NCBI GenBank assembly: GCA_964016885.1
Contig: OZ024740.1
Span: forward strand, 42,656,001 to 42,720,000
DNA from: Eledone cirrhosa
Taxonomy: Eukaryota
Direction of reading: 5' to 3'
DNA: 64,000 nucleotides
How positions within the stretch are numbered: the stretch's first letter is position 1; the number at the start of each line of letters is the position of its first letter. Shown here piece after piece: positions 54,771 through 64,000 of this stretch. A program made the translations under genes and the position numbers. The notes under the pieces were generated by a model, which worked only from the letters and a program-made list of their open reading frames with translations, was not told the origin of the DNA and did not search any database.

Positions 54771-57169
54771 ATTTAAACACTGAAATGATTATGCCCGCCA
54801 GTTACTCTATATGGAAAAGTAAAACTACCATATACCATCCTGGATAAACACAATATTTGGCCCCACTTCACGTGTTATCCTAAGCGTGTGCTTAATATCA
54901 TTTTCGGAATCTGTAGAATTGTTAACAAAATACCTTGTACTCTATACTTCCGTCTCTTTAATATCCGTGTTCAAATTCCGCTGATATAAACTTTGCTTTT
55001 TATCCTTCTAGAGTTGATAATGTAATAGTATATGACTCTCCACTCCAAAAATCTTTGATCTTGGCTTATTAAAGAAATCACTATCTATCAGTAATCGAAA
55101 GTACATATCGATATCGGCTTGAAGGCAGTTTACCTCGTGCACTTTCCAAAGCATACATCAAATTTATTAGAAACTGGGAGAGTTGGTTGTGTCACAAGAA
55201 GTTCGGTAGTCGGGAGGAGTTGAATGACTGACATTTCGGCAGTCGGAAGGCTTTAATCCAAAAAGTGTACTTTTTCCACTCTTCGTGGAAACTGAACATG
55301 TTGACATTTAATAAAACTCTCTTGAATTTACTATTTGTATTGTTCTCGATGCAGACCCTTAGCAGTTTTATCGGGTTACAGCCTTGGATTTGTTTAAAGC
55401 TGCTGGATTTATGACTATGATACAAGGTATCTAAATTTCACAATTGAGAGAAATCAGATAGTATTAATGCCATGTTTTCGCTTGTAATTATAAATTAAAA
55501 CTTCGTCGTAAATCCAAAGTTCAATCATTTCCCTGCAGATTGACACTTTATTTCACGCAAGATTTGTTGATGAATTGTTGATGGCTCTGATAAAAAGTTC
55601 TTCATCCTAGAATATCTCATATTTTCTATAGATTATGCTACATCCTAACGCGTCCCTTATTATTCTCTCTCTTTCTCTTGTGCCGCTCCCCCTCTCCCTC
55701 CTTCTCTCTCTCACAGAAAGTGTTAATCAAGACATGTGAAATAATGTATTACAGTGTTCACCAGCTGGCGAAACAATGTTACAGCGTTTCAGCTATGCAT
55801 AGTTTGTGGACAAGAATGAACGGGTTTATCTTACAGAAAACGTATCAGCAGAAAAAGAAACAAGAGAAATAGAAATTTGACAATATTATACTCATGCTGT
55901 AAAGATGATAAAACATCGAAACTGTATTAAGTTTAGGTCAGTGGGTCTCCACCAAGAAAAACAATAAAAAGAGAGGAAAGAACAGAAAAAGTAGGAGGAG
56001 AAAAAATCCGTCGGGTGTTCTAAAATGAATGTCTTCTGGAAAAGGGCAGAATTAATAACAAAGGTTGCGAGACTAAAATAGAAATTATAAGGATAGACAA
56101 AAGGTGAACGACTGGCTAGTAGTAGATGTTGTGTGCATGTGTGTGAGCGTGTGTGAGTGTCGAATGTTGTGTGTGGGCACAGAGATTCTTTGTGTGTTAT
56201 CGGGTCATATATTTTTAATATTATCGAGAAAGAAAATATGAATGGTTTTGCTCAGCATTCATTTACCTAGTTTGGTGTTTATTTCTATATGTGCAAATGT
56301 CATTGAGATCAATAAAATATATAGCAATATAGAACAGTATTACATTATAGAATTATTGTTTGTAGTAAATTGATATTATCAATTTATTGTCTCATTTCTC
56401 AAGTAGCTCTTTCGGAGTGTCATCAAATAAGGATTCTAATGGCAAATGGCAAAGGTCTTTGTCTACAGGTCTAAAGTAAAAGAGTCTGTTACTATTGTTG
56501 AACAGAATAATAATGCCTGAATACTCGGGTAGGGAGATTAATGCAGTTTGTCGAAATACTATATCTCTTGACAGCTGTCATATAAATTGGCCTTAGTGTT
56601 ATCGATATAAATTATCCACAGCCTGTTTAAACTATCACAATAGAGAATGATGTCTATATTTATAGTCAGATTTGTAGTAGCTTTTCTTATACTAGTATCA
56701 TAAGTATTCACCTCTTTCCAAAGACACTTTTCAGAACTGAATAATTTGGAATAACCGTTGACATAAAGCCATTTTTCTGCAGACCTTTGTGATACAAATA
56801 TTATACATGAAGAACTTTGTTTGACATGCATCAATCGTCAACAAGAACCGGAGTTTATCTCGGTATATACTTCATAATATAAATAAAATACAAGTAACTA
56901 AGATTGATAAAATCAACAACACGAGGTTTCGATAATTTATCGGACTTTTGTAAAGCACACACAGGCACGAACACCAATATATACACACACTCGCTCGTAA
57001 ATACAGACACATGAACAAGTTGACGCACCTGTATGTTGGTTGTCATGTTATATAGTTGTAAGTATATCTAGTGTAAATATAATTTATGATGCATGAGCGC
57101 TGTCACATTCTCACGTCGAATCAGTGTGACAACGTGACTAGGCTGGAGATTTGAATTCCATGTACAGTC

Positions 57170-57523
57170 GAGAGAGGAAGAGAGAGGAAGTGAGAGAAGT
57201 AGAGGGAGGCCGGATGAAGGGGTGGGCGGAAGGGAGTGAGAAAGAGTAAAGAAAGAGAAACAGGGAGGGCGATGGTAGAGAAAGAGAAAGTCAGAGAGAG
57301 AGAGAGAGACAGAAAAGGGGAGGGGTAAAGGAAAGAGAGAGAGAGGTGTAGGAAAATAGAGAGAGAGAGGGAGGGAGGGAGGGAAAGAAAGAAATTGAGG
57401 AAGAGGGAGAGATAGAGAGATGGAGGGAAATAAAGAAATTACGGAAGAGGGAGAGATAGAGAGAGGGAGGGAAAGAAATTGAGGAAGAGAGAGAGAGAGG
57501 GGGGAGGGAAAGAAAGAAATTGA

Positions 57524-57559
<36 letters not shown>

Positions 57560-57570
57560 AAGGATGAGAA
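57170..57570. repeat. Polypurine (GA-rich) low-complexity tract
   Basis: About 400 bp of nearly pure purine with recurring GAAAGAAATTGAGGAAGAG. Confidence 0.9.
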
Positions 57571-58894
57571 ATTAAGTACACTATTGGACTCTTATTTTAT
57601 CGATTCTGAAATAATGGAAATAATTTGAAATCTAAATAAACATTGTTGCCAATCAGCACACAACGAAGTGATCGTAAATATGGAAGAACACAAGGGATAT
57701 AATATACATATATACACCAGGTCCTAACGCAATGGAACCAGACTCCAACTGTCACCGCCTCCGTCTCTCCCGCTCTCCCCATCTCTGACGGCTCCGGCGG
57801 ACATAGTAGAGAAGGCGATTCCCTGGATGATTGTGAGGGAGACGCGCTGGAGAGCACCAGATCGAATACCGCATGGAATAATTATGCGACGCACTAATTA
57901 TTCCACAAATTCTCATCCTTCATATATGTATAGATCCCAAATTCTTTGTGGAGACGTAGGGGTGCCGTAGTGACATTTTTGTGGATTTTGTAAGCTTGGT
58001 GGGGCCATCCCTCCAGTTGGGAATACAGCCACTCTATTCTAGTGAAGTAACAAGGGTGATAGATAGAAAGTGAAAAAGAGATGCAGAGGAAGAATAGTTA
58101 TTTTGTATCGATATCGTAATGAAGAAATGTTAATTTAACGCCAGCAGGATTTAAACACAGTGCAAAGAACCGGGAAGAATATCGCAAAATGCTGTATTTG
58201 ATGTTCTAACAGATACTCCAATTCACCTCCTTTATCTATATATACTGACTGTTAACTTAAATTTTGCTTAACTTAATAACAGAAACTGATAAATAGATGA
58301 CCACAGATGTGTGTGAAAGCTCACACCTATGCAGGTTTAGCTGGCCTTCTCTAAGGTATATCTCGTTGGAGGTGTCTTGGGTAATTTAATGATAGGGACC
58401 CCAGTCCTATCATCTTATTTCTACAGCTGAGTAAACTGGAGCAACGTGAAATAAACAACACATCACCCGGTCCGAGAATTGAACTGACAACCTTTCGATT
58501 GCAAAGCCGATGTTCGAACCACTAAGCCATGCGCCTTCACGATGACTACAGGTGAATATATCTAATTATATATTGCAAACATCCTTCACTTTTTCACCTG
58601 AAACTATATAGCACTAATGGACTAAAAGGCTGTTCTATCTTCACACACAAGCATCAAGAGGAATTCATAGTTAAATTGGAATTAGGTGTGTTTCTTGTAA
58701 CATTTGTTAGTGTAACTAGAAATATAATTATTTTCTTGGTATTACCTAATTATATCTCCTTAATTCAGTATAGTGCAATCAAACTCAATCTGCATTGACT
58801 ATAAGTTGTAGATACGTGCAGACCCTCCACTCTCGCGTTCTTTCTCTTTTTCAAGACCTCTCTCTCTTTCTTTCGCTATCTCTCTCTTTCTCTG

Positions 58895-59170
<276 letters not shown>

Positions 59171-59332
59171 CAGTGTTAAACAATATTCAATGGGTATGTC
59201 AAAGAATGAGTTTTACAGTAGATTGGAAGCACTCTAAGCGAAAATAATTTTCCGGAGTTATTAATATTAAAATACAAAAATTAATAAAATAGATGTTCTT
59301 TTGATCAATTACATTTTATTATACATATTTCG

Positions 59333-59429
59333 CCGAGGTTGACTTTGGCTTTCATCCTTACGGGGTCTATAAAATAAAGTACCAGTAATGAACTGGGTAA
59401 TTGCTGGCCTTGTGCCTAAAGTAGAAACA
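59333..59429 (+). mobile_element. 5'-truncated major SINE inserted at the hammerhead of the left pseudo-LTR
   Basis: 15-bp TSD ATTATACATATTTCG at 59318-59332 and 59430-59444; absent from the right arm. Confidence 0.9.
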
Positions 59430-59644
59430 ATTATACATATTTCGGATGTACAACAGTACGTCCTCATCAGACAAAATATAATGATACATGACATACCCTG
59501 AGATGTTAAATGGTTAAGATTTAATCAAGGTAGTATCTATATATATATATTAAAGAGTTAATCATTGCCAAATTAAACACTAAAATCCTAAAACAAAACC
59601 AGCATAATGATATTAATAATAGAGTTAACATAAATGATACTAAA

Positions 59645-60050
59645 CCAAAATGTAATTGTAGAAATAAAACTGACTGCTCTTTGCAAAATAATTGTCTAGA
59701 TAGTAATTTGGTTTATAAATGCACCGTAAAAACTGATCACAACACATACAACTATATAGGATCGACTTCTTCTTAATTCAAAGCCAGATTTGCGAGCCAT
59801 AAATGCTCATTCTCGAACTCCAAGAGGAAATCATCCACTTCTTTATCACAGCTCATATGGTCATTAACATAAAGGAATTTAAAATACTCCATTCTTTCGA
59901 CAAACTTCGGAATTGTGGAGTTTACCGCAACTCTAGTATATCAAATAACTGCGCGCTCTGTACAATGGAGACCCTGTTCATTATTAATAACTATAAGACC
60001 CTAATTAACAAAAAGTGAATTATTCTCTAGTTGCCTTCATAAAGCTACGT
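59645..60050 (+). pseudogene. PLE GIY-YIG endonuclease remnant (not in the ORF track; stops and frameshift)
   Basis: Manual translation: CNCRNKTDCSLQNNCLDSNLVYKCTVKTDHNTYNYIGSTSS*FKARFASHKCSF...TSLSQLIWSL...CALCTMETLFII...LINKK. Confidence 0.8.
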
Positions 60051-61600
60051 CTACATTCTTAGCCTCCCACAAAACTAGTAAAAAAGAGAAAGAAACACTA
60101 AACCATTAAAAACTTGGTTTTCAGATGTTTATAATCAACAGGGAAAAACATTAATGGCCTTTAATATTGCATTATCTTATAACTATCTATAGAAGAAATA
60201 ACGCTCGAATGAATGACACTTGTTCAATAACACGCTGACACGTTGATATACATAACATAATATTATTAACTTTTATCCATACCATTATTTCTCTATCTTT
60301 ATTTTCCTCTCTAAGTTTTAAATTTTAGTTTAAATATCCAACCCGTATATTTTTACGTGAATCTTTCATGTGTTTACATGTTTTATTTTTTATTTATAAT
60401 ATGTATGTAATTATCTTTTGTAAGTTTTTAAATATACCTACCGTATTTTTATATCCATGATTCAAATATAGAGCAAATATCCAAACTATAAATTATTACG
60501 GACCTTATTTTGAACTCTGAATTATCCATGCATTTATTATTATTTTTCTTATATATATGTATGCAATTAACTGTAACACGTTGAAATCTTTTATATAAGA
60601 TTATAATCGTTATCATTTACCTAAAGTATACTGTATCACTAATACTTAATATATATCTTATATACCTCCCTGTATCTCTCTATACATAATTTTTAGATAA
60701 CTTCTAAATTTTTAGATTACTATTTATTTTGAACTGTGAATAATTCATGCATTTACACCCTGTTATATATAGGTATATATTTAACTTTAGAATGCTTCAA
60801 TCTATTATTTTATATTCGTTATCATTTACCTAAAATATAGTGGCTCATTAATATATATCTATATACATAATCGTTATTTAAATATTTCTAACAATAAGTA
60901 CTTCATAAGCTTTACATACCGAAAATGTTGACATTTTTATAGATAATCTTCGTTAAAGTTTACATTTATGAAAATATTCAACAGTGTACATTTTCCTTTC
61001 GCTGGCCAGGTAAATCCTTTAAATTTTATCCTCATAAAATTCAGAAGTTTAGAAATGTTAACACACTTATAGAATTTATAAAATTAATAGATATAAATAA
61101 CCAGCAACTTTAAAAAGAACCTAAAATCTTGATTCTTCACCCTAAAATAACATAAATTAAATATTTTGAAACTCAACCGTTTAGCTTTTGGAAAAAATCT
61201 CTTTCTGCATATATTACTCCCCTTTATCTTTCCTTCTCTTTAAATCCTCTTTCAGCGGCCCTCGTGGACTGTTATAATTCATGAGATGTTTTCCTAGATA
61301 ACCATAATTTGTAGTATCCTACATTTTAAAATCTCTATAGCTGTCACATTAACCAACGTTTTTCTTACTCACACATTCTCTATTGAATTTATTACGTTTT
61401 CGCATTTTCTCATTATTAGGGTATAAATGTTGAATTTTCTCTTAGGTTAATCACTACCTTGATTAAATCTTAACCATTTAACATCTCAGGGTATGTCATG
61501 TATCATTATATTTTGTCTGATGAGGACGTACTGTTGTACCTCCGAAATATGTAAAATAAAATTTAATTGATCAAAAGAACATCTATTTTATTATTGTATT

Positions 61601-61667
<67 letters not shown>

Positions 61668-61668
<1 letters not shown>

Positions 61669-61990
61669 GTACCATCCACGAACATGACACTCTGGTATCG
61701 CTGGTTGTTGTACCATCAGGTGGCTTTCCCTATCTTATGTTTAGTCCTATCTAAGCTATTCCATGATTTGCTCCTGTATAATGGGCAAATTCCATTCATG
61801 TCCAGTTCTATGAGGGTCTTATACTTCTCCGTGGCTCCTTTGTGTATTTGATGGCCAAATGAATTAACTATGGAGATATAAAAGATGCAGAAGCAAAAAA
61901 GAAAACCAACCAAACAGTGAGTGTGTTCTCTTATTATTTCTGGCAATAGTATTACAACAATATGACCCTCCCCAAGTATAACAATATATA
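61668..61990. mobile_element. PLE fold-back fragment: minus-strand ORF piece (61690-61860) joined to plus-strand pseudo-LTR tail (61870-61990)
   Basis: KGATEKYKTLIELDMNGICPLYRSKSWNSLDRTK is homologous to the start of ORF 62671-63366; tail matches 17705-17815. Confidence 0.7.
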
Positions 61991-62200
61991 ACGAAGTATA
62001 ACAAGTATAACAAGTATAACAAGTATAAAGAAGGAGGTGTGGTGAGGAACCAGATGGACCATAACGCACCAGAGTACTCCATACTTAGGGTAGGAGAGTG
62101 GGTATAGGAAATTGTTTGAACCCGACGGCAGAGCTCAAGCCGTTTCGACGGCAATAGCCGTCGAAACGGCTTGAGCTCTGCCGTCGGGGTTAAACATTTT

Positions 62201-62255
<55 letters not shown>

Positions 62256-62421
62256 ATACTTTGGGAGGGTCATGTTGCCAATAAGAAACACACGCACCAG
62301 TTGCTTTCACTTCAATTTATTATATATTTATAAATTCATAAATTTATAAATCTACAAATCTACAAACTTATAAGTTTCTGGTTGGTTGGTTGGTTCCACA
62401 ACCAGATAGTTGTTTATATAT

Positions 62422-62466
62422 AGTCATAGTCCTTTCGTCACACACTCTGTGACCTCATCAGTGACT
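62422..62466 (-). ncRNA. Minimal type I hammerhead in PLE pseudo-LTR
   Basis: Minus strand AGTCA-CTGATGA-G-GTCACA-gagtg-TGTGAC-GAAA-GGAC-TA-TGACT. Confidence 0.8.
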
Positions 62467-62670
62467 GGGGATTCCTTGCTTTGTTTCTGTGCCTTTCCTT
62501 TCTTCTGTCCTACGCCATTTTGTTTCTGTGTGTGTGTTGTGTGCTCCGTTTGCGCATGCGCCACATCCGGGTGTCTGTGTGTGTTTGTGTTCATTTATCT
62601 ATTTGTTTATTTATTTACATGTTGTTGGTTGGTTGTTTGTTCTATGTGTGTGTGTGTTTTCATTTTGTCC

Positions 62671-63366
62671 TTAATTGTAAGTTGTGCTGTTGCTGTTCCA
62701 CTCATATTTTCTATTTAATTTTGGTTGTAATTCTTTTGTGCTTACTGCCTCTGTAATTTGCCTAAACATTGCATCTTTTCTGTGTGTGGATTCTATTTTT
62801 ATTTCTATGTTCTCTAATTTACCCTTGTGTTCTATCTTAGCATGTTGGTAGAGTACAGATGATTCTTTATTATCTTGAAGGTCTCGCCAGTGTTCATTTA
62901 TCCGTTCCCCTATACTACGAGCTGTCTCACCTATGTACACTATATTTTTGTTTCTACATTGTCCTTCAGTACATCTTATGCTATACACTACATTTCTAGT
63001 TTTACAGTTAATATGGGGGCTTATTTTACAGGTTATACATGTCTTATCTATCCATGAGGGTCTTTGGAACGGGTATGTCTTGCTAATAAGTGTTTTTACG
63101 GAGGTACCTGGTCTTTCTACCATCTTAATATTGAGTTTATGTTTATTTAGGGCCCTTCTAAATTTGTAGGCTAGTTCGCCTCTAGGGGTTGTATTGATGA
63201 ACATTACACTCTGGTATTGATTGCTATCATACCATGAGTTTATTCTATTGGCCTTGTTCCTAGTTCTTTCTATTCTATTCCAAAATTTGCTCCTATACAA
63301 GGGGCAGGTCCCATTTATGTCATTATTTACCATTTTTTTCCATTTGGTTCTGGCTCCTCTATACAC
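62671..63366 (-). pseudogene. PLE polyprotein C-terminus: post-RT linker and GIY-YIG endonuclease (231 aa open)
   Basis: FINTTPRGELA...IKMVERPG; CITC...NCKTRNVVYSIRC...VYIGETARSIGERINEH...RQITEAV...PKLNRKYEW. Confidence 0.9.
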
Positions 63367-63680
63367 TCTGATTCTCTCTCTCTCTGATTGTAGCCAGAGA
63401 ACTGCATACGGTAGATGAAGTGTTGTATGTGTCTCTCTAGTTCTTCGGGGTTGAAAGAACTAGGAACAAGGCCAATAGAATAAACTCATGGTATGCCTAT
63501 TATGCAGTTTGTTAGGTCCCCAGATCGGTTACCCGCGCCGATTCTGCTGAGGGGGTCCTCCGTGCTGTCACATACATCTGGGGACATCTCAATGATGGGG
63601 CGTATGATCCCAAAGTATAACAATATCGGTTTCAGCACACGATTTCAGATAAAGAATCTTGCTAAACAAATTCAGAAACG

Positions 63681-63725
<45 letters not shown>

Positions 63726-63913
63726 TATATGTGTGTGTGTGTGTGTATTACGTGTGTGTCGATCTACAAACACACACATATATGTATATATTTCTCTCTC
63801 TCTCCCTCTTTCTTTATATATATATATATATATTCATATGTACATTTATATATATATACATACACACACACGCAGACACATACACACATACACACACACA
63901 CACACAAACACAT

Positions 63914-63946
<33 letters not shown>

Positions 63947-64000
63947 CAATATATACAGGGGAAAGACACAGAAGAGCTCATTTAATTACAGGATTATACG

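Larger units (their letters stand above)
59262..61609 (+). mobile_element. PLE remnant with inverted terminal pseudo-LTRs (59262-59534 and 61453-61609), each with a hammerhead
   Basis: Arms match in reverse complement; CTGATGA-GGACGTAC-tgtt-GTACCTCC-GAAA-TATG-TA at 61517-61553; GIY-YIG remnant inside. Confidence 0.85.
62250..63495 (-). mobile_element. 5'-truncated Penelope-like element (Neptune/Nematis-like) with pseudo-LTR and short inverted 5' junction (63453-63495)
   Basis: GIY-YIG ORF, downstream hammerhead, and tail shared with 1-207. Confidence 0.88.

Overview
AT-rich, microsatellite-saturated eukaryotic DNA. The dominant tRNA-derived SINE resembles, from memory, the major Octopus/cephalopod SINE; this is an inference and was not checked. 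I see no convincing host gene, rRNA, tRNA or CRISPR array: almost everything interpretable is transposon-derived. Main contents: (1) a decayed Helitron (1641-5685) carrying an inverted copy of part of its own Rep gene. (2) A 14.5-kb head-to-tail stack of four mutually diverged Tx1/L1-clade non-LTR retrotransposons (32211-46697), each bounded by (ATCT)n, suggesting a (GATA)n-microsatellite-targeting family. (3) Many Penelope-like element (PLE) remnants with GIY-YIG fragments, fold-back ends in (TA)n and about 17 type I hammerhead ribozyme motifs, intact or degenerate. These include an unusual hammerhead with a ~116-nt stem II, present three times in a 7-kb non-coding fold-back (9999-16954). (4) SINEs, RTE fragments, mariner/Tc1 and hAT remnants. 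Coordinates were counted by eye and may be off by a few bases.
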